Source: Alphaproteobacteria bacterium (GTDB lineage: Bacteria > Pseudomonadota > Alphaproteobacteria > JAPOUT01 > G958296285). Taken from it: a stretch of 64,000 nt of DNA. How positions within the stretch are numbered: position 1 is the first letter of the stretch; each line of letters begins with the position of its first letter. The stretch is taken from assembly GCA_965204775.1 (NCBI GenBank), contig CBDBFH010000023.1:2007-66006 (forward strand), written 5' to 3'. A program made the translations under genes and the position numbers. Positions 30,708 to 40,892 of the stretch are shown here, piece by piece. The notes under the pieces were generated by a model. It made no database searches, had not been told where the DNA came from, and worked only from the letters and a program-made list of their open reading frames with translations.

Positions 30708-31631
30708 TTATTGCGCGCCCGACCAGTCGCGCTTGACGCCGAGATTGAGGAGGAGGGGGGCGGCGACGAAGATGGAGGAATAGGTTCCGACAAAGACGCC
30801 CCAGATCATGGCGAAGGCGAAGCCCTCGATGACCGCGCCGCCCAGTATCCAGAGGGAGAAGAGGGCGATCAGGGTGGTGACCGAGGTCATCAGGGTGCGG
30901 GCGAGCGTCTGGGCGACGGAGAGGTCGATCAGGCTGTTGAGGGGCATGGCTTTGTATTTGCGCAGGTTTTCGCGCACGCGGTCATAGACGACGACGGTGT
31001 CGTTGAGGGAGTAGCCGACGATGGTCAGGATGGCGGCGATGATGGAGAGGTTGAATTCGAAATGGAGGAAGGAGAAGACGCCGATGGTCAAGATGATGTC
31101 ATGGATGAGGGCGCAGACCGCGCCCAGCGAGAACTGCCACTCGAAGCGGGCCCAGATATAGACGAGGACGAGGCCGATGGCGGCGAGGACGGCGAGCAGG
31201 CCGGTGAGGATGAGTTCGCGGCTGACTTTGGGCCCGACGATTTCGACCCGGCGATAGTCGAGATCGGGGTCGAGGGCGTTTTTGACGGCGGTGACGGCGG
31301 CCTGTTCCGGGGTTTCGGCGTCCGGCGCGGCGGGGTCCTGACGGGCCTCGATTCGGATCAGAGCCTCGCGGGGCGATCCGAAATGCTGGACTTGCACATC
31401 GCCCAGCCCGCGGCCCGACAGGCGGGTGCGGATGTCGCCCAGCGCGATGTCCTGCGCCGCGCCGATTTCGATCAGGGTTCCGCCGCGAAAATCGATTCCA
31501 TAATTGAGGCCGCGCGCAAAGAACAAGGCCGCCGAGGCCAGCATGGCGGCGGCGGAGAGGACGTAGAAGAGCCGCATCCACCGGCAGACGGGCAAGAAGA
31601 GGCCGTCGGGGAGGAGGCGCAGACTAGGCAT
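30708..31631 (-). CDS. secF: Protein translocase subunit SecF
   Basis: LNYGIDFRGGT...DTVVVYDRVREN. Overlaps the secD stop by 8 nt. Confidence 0.92.
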   Translation of the reverse strand: MPSLRLLPDGLFLPVCRWMRLFYVLSAAAMLASAALFFARGLNYGIDFRGGTLIEIGAAQDIALGDIRTRLSGRGLGDVQVQHFGSPREALIRIEARQDPAAPDAETPEQAAVTAVKNALDPDLDYRRVEIVGPKVSRELILTGLLAVLAAIGLVLVYIWARFEWQFSLGAVCALIHDIILTIGVFSFLHFEFNLSIIAAILTIVGYSLNDTVVVYDRVRENLRKYKAMPLNSLIDLSVAQTLARTLMTSVTTLIALFSLWILGGAVIEGFAFAMIWGVFVGTYSSIFVAAPLLLNLGVKRDWSGAQ

Positions 31632-33270
31632 TGTTTTCGGGGGTGGCGATGAGGGGGGCGGGCTTGAAGGGCAGGCGGGCGGGGCGGCGCAGGCGCACCC
31701 AGGAGGCGGCGAGCAGGCGGGTGAAGGTGAAGGCGGTGAAGACCGAGGTGATGATTCCGATTCCCAGGGTGACCGCGAAGCCGCGGACCGGACCGGAACC
31801 GGCGAAGAAGAGGATCGCGGCGGCGATGAAGGTGGTGATATTGGCGTCGAGAATGGTTCCCAGCGCGCGGGAATATCCGGCGTCGATGGCGTTGATCAGG
31901 CTTTTGCCGCGCCCGGCCTCTTCGCGGATTCGCTCGAAGATCAGGACATTGGCGTCGACCGCCATGCCGATGGTCAGGACGATTCCGGCGATTCCGGGCA
32001 AGGTCAAGGTTGCCTGGAGGAGGGAGAGGACGCCGAGGATCAAGACGAGATTGACGAGGAGGGCGAGATTGGCGAAGAGGCCGAAAAGGCCGTAGCTGAG
32101 CAGGATGAAGCCGATGACGGCGGCCAGGCCGATCAGGGCGGCCAGGGTTCCGGCGCGGACCGAGTCGGCGCCGAGGCTGGGGCCGACCGTGCGCTCTTCG
32201 AGGATTCGCAAAGGGGCGGGCAAGGCACCGGCGCGCAGGAGGATGGCGAGGTCGCCGGCTTCTTGAATCGAGAAGTTTCCGGAGATCTGGGCGCGCCCCC
32301 CCAGGATGGGCTCACGGATGACGGGGGCGCTGACCACCTTGCCGTCAAGGACGATAGCGAAGGGTTTTCCGACATTTTGCCGGGTGGTCTCGCCGAAGCG
32401 GCGCGCGCCCAGCGAGTCGAGCTGGAAGGTGACGATCGGCGCGTTGTTGATCTGATCGAAGGCGGGCTGGGCGTCGACCAGATTTTCGCCGCTGACCATG
32501 ATTCGGCGGCGGATCAGATAGGACGGCGCGGGTTCGCCGGGGCCGTAGAGGATGAGGGAACCGGCGGGGGGCGCGGCGGCCAGCGCTTCGGCGGCGCTCA
32601 TGGAGGTGTCGACCAGCTGGAAGTTGAGTTTGGCGGTCTGCCCCAGCAGGTTTTTGAGCCGTTCGGGATCGTCGAAGCCGGGGACCTGGACGAGGATTCG
32701 TTCGCTGCCCTGCCGCTGGATGGTGGGTTCGGTGGTTCCCAGTTCGTCGACCCGGCGGCGGACGATCTCGATCGACTGCGCCAGCGTGCGCTGGGCGGAG
32801 CGGCGGCGGGCGTCTTCGGACGGCAGCAAGGCCGCCGCGCCGTTTTCGGCGATCTCTACGCGCAGGCTGTCGGCGGCGAAGGGGGAGAGGAAATCGATTC
32901 CCAGGGGATCGGAGATTTCCTCCAGCGCGGCTTTGGCCTGCGCGCCCTGGGCCGGGTCGCGCAGTTGCAGGCGGACCTGCGCGCCCTGGATGCGCAGCCC
33001 GCGATAGCCGATTCGCTTTTCGCGGAGGATTTTGCGCACCTCGTCGCGCACGCCCTCCATGCGCTGGGTCAGCGCGGCGTCCAGTTCGACTTCGAGGAGG
33101 AGGTGCGATCCGCCGCGCAGATCAAGGCCCAGATTGACGGTGCGGTTCAGCCCGACGAAGGCCAGGGTGTCGCGCAGACGTTCGGGCAGGGCGTTGGGGA
33201 CGGCGAGGAGAGCGCCGGCGCACAGGACGGCCAGAATGGCGAGGATTTTCCATCCGGGGAAATAGAGCAT
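31624..33270 (-). CDS. secD: Protein translocase subunit SecD
   Basis: LGLDLRGGSHLLLEV...GIVLTIGMAVDANVLIFERIREE. Confidence 0.93.
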   Translation of the reverse strand: MLYFPGWKILAILAVLCAGALLAVPNALPERLRDTLAFVGLNRTVNLGLDLRGGSHLLLEVELDAALTQRMEGVRDEVRKILREKRIGYRGLRIQGAQVRLQLRDPAQGAQAKAALEEISDPLGIDFLSPFAADSLRVEIAENGAAALLPSEDARRRSAQRTLAQSIEIVRRRVDELGTTEPTIQRQGSERILVQVPGFDDPERLKNLLGQTAKLNFQLVDTSMSAAEALAAAPPAGSLILYGPGEPAPSYLIRRRIMVSGENLVDAQPAFDQINNAPIVTFQLDSLGARRFGETTRQNVGKPFAIVLDGKVVSAPVIREPILGGRAQISGNFSIQEAGDLAILLRAGALPAPLRILEERTVGPSLGADSVRAGTLAALIGLAAVIGFILLSYGLFGLFANLALLVNLVLILGVLSLLQATLTLPGIAGIVLTIGMAVDANVLIFERIREEAGRGKSLINAIDAGYSRALGTILDANITTFIAAAILFFAGSGPVRGFAVTLGIGIITSVFTAFTFTRLLAASWVRLRRPARLPFKPAPLIATPENNA

Positions 33271-33283
33271 GACGAGGCCGGTC

Positions 33284-33628
33284 TCATCTGGCCGGGGCGG
33301 CGGGTTCGTCGCCGCCCGGGGCCTTGCTGTGCAAATCGCTGATGGTCGCCTTGAGGACGCGCACCCGGATGCCTTCGGCCAGTTCGACGATGCATTCCTG
33401 CTCGCCGCTCAGGCGGTAGATTTTGCCGATCATGCCCCCGGCGGTGACCACGACGTCGCCGCGGCGCAGATTGCCGATCATCTCGCGATGGGCGCGCACC
33501 CGCTTGTTCTGGGGGCGGATGATCAGGAAATAGAAGATGACGAAGACGGCGACGAGCGGGAAGAGAATGCTGTAATCCCCCAACCCGCTGCGGGAGGCTT
33601 CTTGCGCCCATGCCGGAGTTGCGAACAC
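33284..33628 (-). CDS. yajC: Preprotein translocase subunit YajC
   Basis: LFPLVAVFVIFYFLIIRPQNKRVRAHREMIGNLRRGDVVVTAGGMIGKI. Confidence 0.9.
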   Translation of the reverse strand: MFATPAWAQEASRSGLGDYSILFPLVAVFVIFYFLIIRPQNKRVRAHREMIGNLRRGDVVVTAGGMIGKIYRLSGEQECIVELAEGIRVRVLKATISDLHSKAPGGDEPAAPAR

Positions 33629-33679
33629 GTAGATTCTGTGCGCCCCCTCGAAAGTTTCTGGCCTGCTCTGCCGGGCGGA

Positions 33680-34357
33680 CTATAGCCCGCGCTGGCCGGG
33701 CTTTGCAAAAGGCGGTTGGGCGGCGGCGGGTTGGCGCGGGGCGGGGCGTCCGGCGGGGCCTTTTTCGAGGAGGGGGAGGGCGACGTTTTCGGCGAGGAGG
33801 GTGTGGGCGAGGCCGGCTTCCTTGCGTGTGATTCGCATCAGGCGCTGTTTGGGTCCGGCGGGGGGCACGCAGACGGCGGCGATCAGGACGCCTTCGGGTT
33901 TGAGCTGTCCGGCGAGGGTGAGGGGCATGGTGGGCAGGGCGGCGGTGGCGAGGATTCGGTCGAAGGGGGCCTGTTCGGGCCATCCCGTCCATCCGTCGGC
34001 GATGCGCGGGGCGATATTGTGGAGGCCGAGTTTGGCGAAGCCGGCCTGGGCGGCGAGTGACAGGTCGCGGTGGCGCTCGATGGTGTAGATGCGGCGGACG
34101 AGATGGGCGATGACGGCGGTCTGGTATCCGGAGCCGGTGCCGATTTCGAGGACGCGGTGATCGGGCTGGAATTGGGCGGCGTCGATCAGGGAGGCGAGGA
34201 AATGGGGGGAGAGCGCGGTCTGGCCCTGCGGCAGGGGCAGGGGGGAGTCGGCATAGAGGGCGGCGGGGCCGAGGCGGGGGAAGAAGGCTTCGCGCGAGAC
34301 GGCTTCGAGGGCGCGCAGGAGGCGCATGTCGCGCAGGCCGCGCCCGCGCAGACTCAT
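33680..34357 (-). CDS. pcm: Protein-L-isoaspartate O-methyltransferase
   Basis: VLEIGTGSGYQTAVIAHL SAM motif and conserved surE-pcm pairing. Start set at an internal Met. Confidence 0.85.
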   Translation of the reverse strand: MSLRGRGLRDMRLLRALEAVSREAFFPRLGPAALYADSPLPLPQGQTALSPHFLASLIDAAQFQPDHRVLEIGTGSGYQTAVIAHLVRRIYTIERHRDLSLAAQAGFAKLGLHNIAPRIADGWTGWPEQAPFDRILATAALPTMPLTLAGQLKPEGVLIAAVCVPPAGPKQRLMRITRKEAGLAHTLLAENVALPLLEKGPAGRPAPRQPAAAQPPFAKPGQRGL

Positions 34358-34370
34358 GATCAGGCTGACT

Positions 34371-35165
34371 TTATCCGGTTCGTTTGGCACGGGGGCGGGG
34401 GGCGGGGTTGAGGCGCGCGGCCAGCGTCCGGCGGGCGGGCTGGTGGGTGAGGTCCAGATGGAGCGGGGTGACCGAGACCCGGGCGGCGCGCAGGGCATGG
34501 AGGTCGCAGCCGGGCGGCGGGGTGGAGAGGACGCGGTTATATCCCAGCCAATAGTAGTTGCGCCCGCGCGGATCGGTGCGCGGCTCGACCCGGAAGAGGG
34601 AGTGGGGGCGGCGGCCTTGCGTGGTCACCTCGACTCCGGCGACCTGATCGGGGGGGACGGGGGGGAAGTTGACGTTGAGGAGGACGCCTTTGGGCCATCC
34701 GGCTTCGATCAGCCGGCGCAGGACGGGGGGGGCGTGGGTTTCGGCGGTTTGCCAGTGGGCGGCGAAGTTGCGCTCCGGGTCGAGCGCCTGCGAGAGGGCG
34801 ATGGAGGGGATTCCGAGATGGGCGCCTTCCATGGCGCCGGCGATGGTTCCGGAATAGGTGACGTCTTCGGCGATGTTCTGGCCGCGATTGACGCCGGAGA
34901 GGAGGAGGGCGGGGGCGGGGCCCTGGATCAGATCGTTGACGGCGAGGATGACGCAATCGGCGGGGGTTCCGCTGACCGAGAATTTTCTTTCGCCATAGCG
35001 GGCGATGCGCAAGGGGTTGGACAGGGTGAGCGAGCGCGCTGCGCCGGACTGCTCGCTGGCGGGGGCGACCACCCAGACATCATCGGAGAAGTTTTGGGCG
35101 ATGCGCTCGAGCGCGGCGAGGCCGGGGGCGTCGATGCCGTCGTCATTGGTCACGAGGAGGCGCAT
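34371..35165 (-). CDS. surE: 5'/3'-nucleotidase SurE
   Basis: MRLLVTNDDGIDAPGL...GVNRGQNIAEDVTYSGTIAGAMEG. Confidence 0.92.
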   Translation of the reverse strand: MRLLVTNDDGIDAPGLAALERIAQNFSDDVWVVAPASEQSGAARSLTLSNPLRIARYGERKFSVSGTPADCVILAVNDLIQGPAPALLLSGVNRGQNIAEDVTYSGTIAGAMEGAHLGIPSIALSQALDPERNFAAHWQTAETHAPPVLRRLIEAGWPKGVLLNVNFPPVPPDQVAGVEVTTQGRRPHSLFRVEPRTDPRGRNYYWLGYNRVLSTPPPGCDLHALRAARVSVTPLHLDLTHQPARRTLAARLNPAPRPRAKRTG

Positions 35166-35976
35166 GGCGGGCGGGGGTTGAAGCGGCGGGTTGGGTGATG
35201 CGGCGCACGGCGAAGATGGAGAGTTCGTAAAGGAGGAGGGTTGGCAGGGCAAGTGCGATCTGGCTGACGATGTCGGGCGGGGTGAGGAGGGCGGCGGCGG
35301 CGAAGACGCCGACCACGGCATATTTGCGCTTTTGGGCGAGGGTCCGGGCGGTGACCAGTCCGGCGCGGGCGAGGAGGGCGAGGATGACGGGCAGTTGGAA
35401 ACACAGGCCGAAGGCGAGGATCAAGGTCATGGTGAGGCCGAGATATTCGCTGACTCTGGGGAGCATATTGATTTGAGGGGCGTTGGCGGCGGTCTGCTCC
35501 ATGGCGAGGAAGAAGGCGAGGGCGAGCGGCATGACGGCGGCATAGACGAGGGCGGCCCCGGCGAGGAAGAGGAGGGGGGCGGCGAGCAGGAAGGGGGCGA
35601 GCGCGCGTTTTTCGCGCCGGTAGAGGCCGGGGGCGGCGAAGCGGTAGAGCTGGAAGGTGATGACCGGGAAGGCCAGGGCGAAGGCGGCGAAGAGGGCGAG
35701 TTTGATCTGGGTGAAGAGGAATTCCTGCGGGGCGGTGTAGATCAAGGCGGCTTCGAGGCCGCGGGCGGCGGCGGCGCGCTGATAGGGTCCGAGCAAAGCG
35801 GCGAAGATCAGATCGGCGAAGGCGAAACAGGGCACGAAGAGGAGGGCCACTGCGGCCAGCGAAATCAGGAGGCGTTTGCGCAGTTCCTCCAGATGGCTCA
35901 AAAGCGGGGCCTTGCTGGCCTCCAATGCGCGCTCTTCCTCGGCGACCTGCGCGCCGGGCGGGGCGGGCGAGCTCAT
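35143..35976 (-). CDS. tatC: Twin-arginine translocase subunit TatC
   Basis: PLLSHLEELRKRL... and six TM segments. ATGA overlap with tatB. Confidence 0.92.
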   Translation of the reverse strand: MSSPAPPGAQVAEEERALEASKAPLLSHLEELRKRLLISLAAVALLFVPCFAFADLIFAALLGPYQRAAAARGLEAALIYTAPQEFLFTQIKLALFAAFALAFPVITFQLYRFAAPGLYRREKRALAPFLLAAPLLFLAGAALVYAAVMPLALAFFLAMEQTAANAPQINMLPRVSEYLGLTMTLILAFGLCFQLPVILALLARAGLVTARTLAQKRKYAVVGVFAAAALLTPPDIVSQIALALPTLLLYELSIFAVRRITQPAASTPARHAPPRDQ

Positions 35977-36347
35977 GGCTTTTTGGCCTGAGGCCGGCGC
36001 GGGCGGGCGCGGGCCGATTTGGCTTTGGCGGCTTTGGGTTTGGGCGATTTTTTCCGCGCCGGTCCGGCGCGGGGCGGTTCAAGCGTTTCGGCGGGGCCGG
36101 GGGCGGCGGCGGCCAGCGCCGGGGGAGCAATCGAGAGTTCGTCGTGCCGGTCCGGATCGGCCTGCCCGTCCGCCGCGGCCTCATCGGCGGCGTCCTCGAA
36201 GGCGCGGCGGAAATCTCCGGCGACGGCGCGGGCCTGGGCAAAGAAGCGCCCCCACTCGCGCAGCAGGCGGGGCAGGTCGCGCGGACCGATCAGAGCGAGG
36301 GCCAAAACGCCGATCAAGAGCAGTTCCGACCAGCCGATGTCGAACAT
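35973..36347 (-). CDS. tatB: Twin-arginine translocase subunit TatB
   Basis: MFDIGWSELLLIGVLALALIGPRDLPRLLREWG. Confidence 0.88.
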   Translation of the reverse strand: MFDIGWSELLLIGVLALALIGPRDLPRLLREWGRFFAQARAVAGDFRRAFEDAADEAAADGQADPDRHDELSIAPPALAAAAPGPAETLEPPRAGPARKKSPKPKAAKAKSARARPRRPQAKKP

Positions 36348-36356
36348 GGGGGAGCG

Positions 36357-36599
36357 TCAGCGGGGTTTTTTCGGGGAGGTGGTTTTGCCGGCCTGTTCGT
36401 GTTTGTGCGCGCCGGGCGGGGCGTCCGGCGGCTCCTGGGTTTCGGGCAGGGCGGCGGGCAGGTCGTCTTCGGCGAGACCCTTGCGGAAGCCGCGAATGCC
36501 CTGCGCCATCTCGCGCATGAGGGAGGCGATCTTGCCGCGCCCAAACAGGAGGAGAACGAGCAGGGCGACGATCAGGATTTGGGGCCAGCCGATCGACAT
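36357..36599 (-). CDS. tatA: Twin-arginine translocase subunit TatA
   Basis: [41 protein letters not shown]. Confidence 0.9.
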   Translation of the reverse strand: MSIGWPQILIVALLVLLLFGRGKIASLMREMAQGIRGFRKGLAEDDLPAALPETQEPPDAPPGAHKHEQAGKTTSPKKPR

Positions 36600-36627
36600 G
36601 GGAAAGGCCTCGTAATTTTGTGAGGGT

Positions 36628-37746
36628 CTATCCTCGCATGGAATCGCCTGGGCTGTCATCTTCGCCCTCCGGGAAGATGAAGACGCAGCTGTCGTCGAGC
36701 CGGAAGCCGGCGCGCTGTCCGGGGGCGAGGCTTTGGGCGGCGGCCCGGCGGCGGGCGAGGCGGGCGGTCAGGCGCAGGCTTGCGCCTTCGGGTGGCGCGG
36801 TGACGCGCAGTTGGATCAAAGTCTCGCTGCCCAGCGGGCAGACCTCCTCGATTTCGCCCTGCAAGGCGGCGGCGGCGGGTTCGGCGGGGATCAGGCCTTC
36901 GGGGCGGATCAGGATTCGCACCTTGCAGCCCTCGGGCAGGCCGGGGGCGGGCAGATCAAGCAGGCCGTTGCGGGCGCGGCCCGAGGCGATCTGCGCGGCC
37001 AGAACATTGACCCGGCCAAAAAAGCGCGCCGCCGGGGCGTCGACCGGCCTTTCATAGAGGTCGCGCGGCGCGCCCTGCTGCACGATCCGGCCCCGGCGCA
37101 TAAGGGCGATTCGCCCGCCCATGCGCATCGCCTCCTCCGGATCGTGGGTGACGAAGAGGCAGGTGGTTTTGCGCGCGCGCAGGATGGTTCGGGTTTCCTC
37201 GCGCATTTCCTCGCGCAGCATCCGGTCGAGGCTGGAGAAGGGCTCGTCCATCAAGAGGAGGGCGGGGCCGCGGACCAGCGCGCGGGCCAGGGCGACGCGC
37301 TGCTGTTCGCCGCCGGAGAGCATATGGGGATAGGCGTCGGCCTTTCCGGCCAGCCGGAGGCGGTCGAGTTCGGCGCGGGCGCGCTCTTTTTTGCCGCCCC
37401 CCTTCAGGCCGAAGGCGACATTGCCCAGCGCGGTCAGATGGGGGAAGAGCGCATAATCTTGAAAGATCAGGCCGATGCCGCGCTGTTCGGGGGGAACGAA
37501 GCGCGCATCGTCGGCGAGGACCTTGCCGTGCGAGAGGATTCGCCCGCTTTGCGCGCTCTCGACTCCGGCGATGATCAACAAGGTTGTGGTCTTGCCGCAA
37601 CCCGAAGGCCCCAACAGGCAAAGCGTTTCGCCGGGGGCGATCTGGAAGTTAATATCGTCGAGGACCGGGGTGCGGCCATAGGTTTTGGCGATCCGCTCAA
37701 GGCTGAGGGCGGGCAGACCGGCAGCGGGGTTGGGGGCGGCGGTCAC
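36628..37746 (-). CDS. ABC transporter ATP-binding protein (FbpC/PotA-type with TOBE-like C-terminus)
   Basis: Walker [10 protein letters not shown], signature [15 protein letters not shown], Walker [16 protein letters not shown] start overlaps the scpB stop (GTGA). The upstream part of track ORF 36628..38151 overlaps scpB in another frame. Confidence 0.85.
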   Translation of the reverse strand: MTAAPNPAAGLPALSLERIAKTYGRTPVLDDINFQIAPGETLCLLGPSGCGKTTTLLIIAGVESAQSGRILSHGKVLADDARFVPPEQRGIGLIFQDYALFPHLTALGNVAFGLKGGGKKERARAELDRLRLAGKADAYPHMLSGGEQQRVALARALVRGPALLLMDEPFSSLDRMLREEMREETRTILRARKTTCLFVTHDPEEAMRMGGRIALMRRGRIVQQGAPRDLYERPVDAPAARFFGRVNVLAAQIASGRARNGLLDLPAPGLPEGCKVRILIRPEGLIPAEPAAAALQGEIEEVCPLGSETLIQLRVTAPPEGASLRLTARLARRRAAAQSLAPGQRAGFRLDDSCVFIFPEGEDDSPGDSMRG

Positions 37747-38345
37747 GCCGTTTCGCTCTCCTGCTCCTGCGCGCCGCCGGGGTTTTCGGCGGAAGCGGGG
37801 GCCGGGGCGGGGTCGAGCAGTCCGGCGGCTTTGAGTTCGTCCAGTCCGGGCAGGTCTTTGACGCTGTCGAGGCCGAAATGGACGAGGAAAGCTTCGCTGA
37901 CCGCATAAAGGACCGGGCGGCCCGGGACGGGTTTTCGCCCGCGCAGCCGGACCCATCCGGTTTCCAGCAGCATATCGAGGGTTCCGCGCGAGAGGCCGAC
38001 GCCGCGGATTTCCTCGATTTCGGCGCGGGTCACCGGCTGGTGATAGGCGATGATGGCCAGCGTTTCGAGGGCGGCGCGCGAGAGGCGGCGCGCGCTGCGC
38101 TGCTCTTTTTCCAGGAGGAAGCGCAGATCGGGAGCGGTCTGGAACATCCATTTTCCGGCGGTCCGGATCAGTTCGACGCCGCGCCCCTGATAGTCGTCCT
38201 GCAGGCGGGCGATCAGGCCGGGAAGGTCTGCGCCCTGGGGCAGGCTTTGCGCGAGCGCGCTTTCTGAGAGCGGCGCGGCGGCGGCGAAGAGCATGGCCTC
38301 GACCATGCGCAGCTGTTCGCGCTGGTTTTGCTGTTCCTGAGTCAT
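37743..38345 (-). CDS. scpB: Segregation and condensation protein B
   Basis: VEAMLFAAAAPLSE...LETLAIIAYHQPVTRAEIEEIRGV...GRPVLYAVSEAFL. Confidence 0.9.
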   Translation of the reverse strand: MTQEQQNQREQLRMVEAMLFAAAAPLSESALAQSLPQGADLPGLIARLQDDYQGRGVELIRTAGKWMFQTAPDLRFLLEKEQRSARRLSRAALETLAIIAYHQPVTRAEIEEIRGVGLSRGTLDMLLETGWVRLRGRKPVPGRPVLYAVSEAFLVHFGLDSVKDLPGLDELKAAGLLDPAPAPASAENPGGAQEQESETA

Positions 38346-39196
38346 TCGGCGGCCTCCAGATCGGGTTGGGCGGGGCAGCGGCGCAGATAGATCGGGGCGA
38401 AGGGGGCGTCCTGCCGGATTTCGGCGATTCCTTCGCGCACCATGATCAGCGCGGCGGCGAGTGTGCTGGCCAGCGCGCTGCGCCGTCCGGCGCGGCGCGG
38501 CGCAGCCGGGGCCGCGGGCAGAAAGGCTTCGAGCCGCTCCCAGCGCGCCGAGGCTCCAAAGAGGGACTCAAGCCACTGGCGCGCCCGCTCGACGGGCACG
38601 ACCGGGGGCGGGGTGATGCGCCAGGGCCGGTCGGCGCTTTTGCGCGCGTCCTGGAGGGCATAGGCGCGCAGGAGGTCGTAGAGCGAAGCTTTCCAGACAC
38701 TGCGCTTGACGATTCGGACATTTTCCGGCGCGCCGCGCGCGAAGACCGCAAGGCCCAGCCGGTTGCGGGTCATGAGGCGGGCGGCGGCTTCGCGCATGGC
38801 CTGGAGGCGCTCCAGACGCCAGGCGAGGAGGGCGGCCTCCTGCTGCGCGGTCAGAGTGGAGCCGTCTTCCGGCTCTGCCGGAAGCAGGAGGCGCGACTTG
38901 AGATAGGCCAGCCAGGCGGCCATCACCAGATATTCGGCGGCCAGATCGAGTTGCGCGGCCAGCGCCCGGTTGACGAAGACCAGATATTGTTCGGCGAGGG
39001 CGAGGATTGAGATTTTGGCGAGATCGACCTTCTGGTTTCGGGCGAGGGCGAGGAGCAGATCGAGCGGCCCCTCGAATCCGTCGACATTGATGATGAGCGG
39101 CGCTTCGCCGCCGCCCGCGCGCAGGCGGGGCACGGGAGAGTGCGCAGCTTGCCCGGTCTTTTGGTGCGTCAATGAGGCCGGGCCTGTTTCATCCAT
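38342..39196 (-). CDS. scpA: Segregation and condensation protein A
   Basis: VDGFEGPLDLLLALARNQKVDLAKISILALAEQYL. Start at the Met overlapping the nagZ stop; an alternative Met is at 39214. Confidence 0.85.
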   Translation of the reverse strand: MDETGPASLTHQKTGQAAHSPVPRLRAGGGEAPLIINVDGFEGPLDLLLALARNQKVDLAKISILALAEQYLVFVNRALAAQLDLAAEYLVMAAWLAYLKSRLLLPAEPEDGSTLTAQQEAALLAWRLERLQAMREAAARLMTRNRLGLAVFARGAPENVRIVKRSVWKASLYDLLRAYALQDARKSADRPWRITPPPVVPVERARQWLESLFGASARWERLEAFLPAAPAAPRRAGRRSALASTLAAALIMVREGIAEIRQDAPFAPIYLRRCPAQPDLEAAE

Positions 39197-40250
39197 CTGT
39201 ATGATCCTTGGCATGATCCTTGGCGGCGGGCGGGCCGAGGAGTTCGGCGAGGCGGGCGCGGGTTTCGGCGGCGTCGAACTGCGGATCGGCGGGGCGCGGG
39301 GCGGGCAGCCGGTGGAGCAGATCGGGGGCGAGAGGGCGCAGACCCTTTGCCGCCTCGCGCATTTCAACCAGTTTGCCGGAGCAATGCAAGACGGCGTCGC
39401 ATCCGGCGGCGAGCGCTTCGGCGGCGCGCTGGCTGAGCGGCCCTTGCAGCGCATTCATCTCGAGGGCGTCGGAGAGGAGGATTCCCCGAAAGCCGATCTG
39501 CCCGCGCACGACGTCCCCGATGACATCGGCGGACTGGGTCGCCGGGCGGCGGGGGTCGAAGGCGGCATAGACAATATGGGCGGTCATGGCCAGAGGCTGG
39601 TCGCGCAGGGCATGGAAGGGAGCGAAATCATGGGCGGCGAGAATCTGGGGTTCGGTCTCGACGACGGGCAGTTGGGCGTGGCTGTCGAGGCGGGCGCGCC
39701 CATGGCCGGGGATATGTTTGATGACCGGAATGACGCCCTGATCGGCGAAGCCTTGGCAGACGGCCCGGCCCAGTTCGGCGGCGGCGGCGGGGGCGCGGGC
39801 CAGGGCGCGCGATCCGATGACCGGATGCGCGCCGGGGACGGGCAGGTCGAGGACGGGGGCGCAATTGACGTTGATTCCGGCTTCGGCGAGGTCATGGGCG
39901 ATCAGGCGGGCGTTGAGCCGGGCGGCCCGGCGGGCGGCGGCGGGGTTGCGCTCATAGAGCTGGCCGAAGCGCGCCGGGGCCGGATAAGCGGGCCAGACGG
40001 GCGGGCGGAGGCGGGCGACGGCGCCGCCTTCCTGATCGATCAGGACCGGGGCGTCGGGGCGGGCCACGCATTGGCGCAAGTTTTTGACGAGTTGGGCGAG
40101 TTGCGCGCGATTCGCGCAATTGCGCCGGAAGAGGATAAAGCCCCACGGGTTGATCTTTTGGAAGAAGTCATATTCTTCCGGTTCCAGTGTTGGCCCGCTG
40201 CAGCCGAAGAGGACGGCGGCGGGGGGGGCGGCTTCACTGCCTTCGGACAA
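39189..40250 (-). CDS. nagZ: Beta-N-acetylhexosaminidase (GH3, NagZ)
   Basis: PVLIDQEGGAVARL...KHIPGHGRA..DSH...SDALEM. TTG start proposed just after the SPOR gene stop. Confidence 0.8.
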   Translation of the reverse strand: MSEGSEAAPPAAVLFGCSGPTLEPEEYDFFQKINPWGFILFRRNCANRAQLAQLVKNLRQCVARPDAPVLIDQEGGAVARLRPPVWPAYPAPARFGQLYERNPAAARRAARLNARLIAHDLAEAGINVNCAPVLDLPVPGAHPVIGSRALARAPAAAAELGRAVCQGFADQGVIPVIKHIPGHGRARLDSHAQLPVVETEPQILAAHDFAPFHALRDQPLAMTAHIVYAAFDPRRPATQSADVIGDVVRGQIGFRGILLSDALEMNALQGPLSQRAAEALAAGCDAVLHCSGKLVEMREAAKGLRPLAPDLLHRLPAPRPADPQFDAAETRARLAELLGPPAAKDHAKDHTDG

Positions 40251-40791
40251 AGCAGGCGTCTCCTTTTTCCTGCAGACCGGCGCAGAGCGACTGCGCGCGC
40301 GTGCGGGCAAAGGGGCCGAGTTGGAGGCGGTAATAGATTCCGCGCTTGTCGAGGTCGGCGCGGCGGATTTGAGCGCGGGCGCGCATCCGGGCGAGGGCGG
40401 GATGGCGGCGGGCGAGGCGGTCGAAATGGGCGCGGGCCTGGGCCTCTTCGCGCATTGAGGAGAGTTGGACCATGTAGCGCCGGGCCGGCGGGGATTCAGG
40501 AGCGGAGACCGGCGGGGCTTCAGGAGTGGAGACCGGCGGCGCAACGGCGGCAGGCGGGGACAGCGCGGCAAGCGGGGCGGGGGCGGGGGCGGGGGTTGTG
40601 GCGGCGGCGGTGGCGGAGGTTGTGGTGGGGTTTTGCGGCGGGTTTTCGGCGGCCATGATGAGTCCGGCGAAGACGAGCAGGCAGCATCCGGCGGCGGTGA
40701 GGAGGAGCCAGGGCCATCGGCGGCTTTGCCGGACCAGAAAGCGCTCGGCGCTCCAGACGGGCTGCGGCTTATGTTTTTCTTCGCCGATCAT
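40234..40791 (-). CDS. SPOR domain protein with one TM segment
   Basis: TM WPWLLLTAAGCCLLVFAGLIM, Pro/Ala linker, C-terminal SPOR-like YMVQLSSMREEAQA...GIYYRLQLGPF. An alternative start is at 40839. Confidence 0.7.
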   Translation of the reverse strand: MIGEEKHKPQPVWSAERFLVRQSRRWPWLLLTAAGCCLLVFAGLIMAAENPPQNPTTTSATAAATTPAPAPAPLAALSPPAAVAPPVSTPEAPPVSAPESPPARRYMVQLSSMREEAQARAHFDRLARRHPALARMRARAQIRRADLDKRGIYYRLQLGPFARTRAQSLCAGLQEKGDACFVRRQ

Positions 40792-40892
40792 GTGACCTTT
40801 TGTTTGATTGATCTGTGCGCCTTTGGCGGCGGGAATCAAAAAAGGGAGGCGCCGCCCTCCCCTTTTGTCTCCCGGCGTCGGGCGGGCTGGAT

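Noticed and set aside
36628-38151. Track ORF of 507 aa read as one protein.
   Set aside because: Only the C-terminal 372 aa are ABC-ATPase-like. The N-terminal Arg/Pro-rich part overlaps scpB in another frame. The real start is the GTG at 37746.
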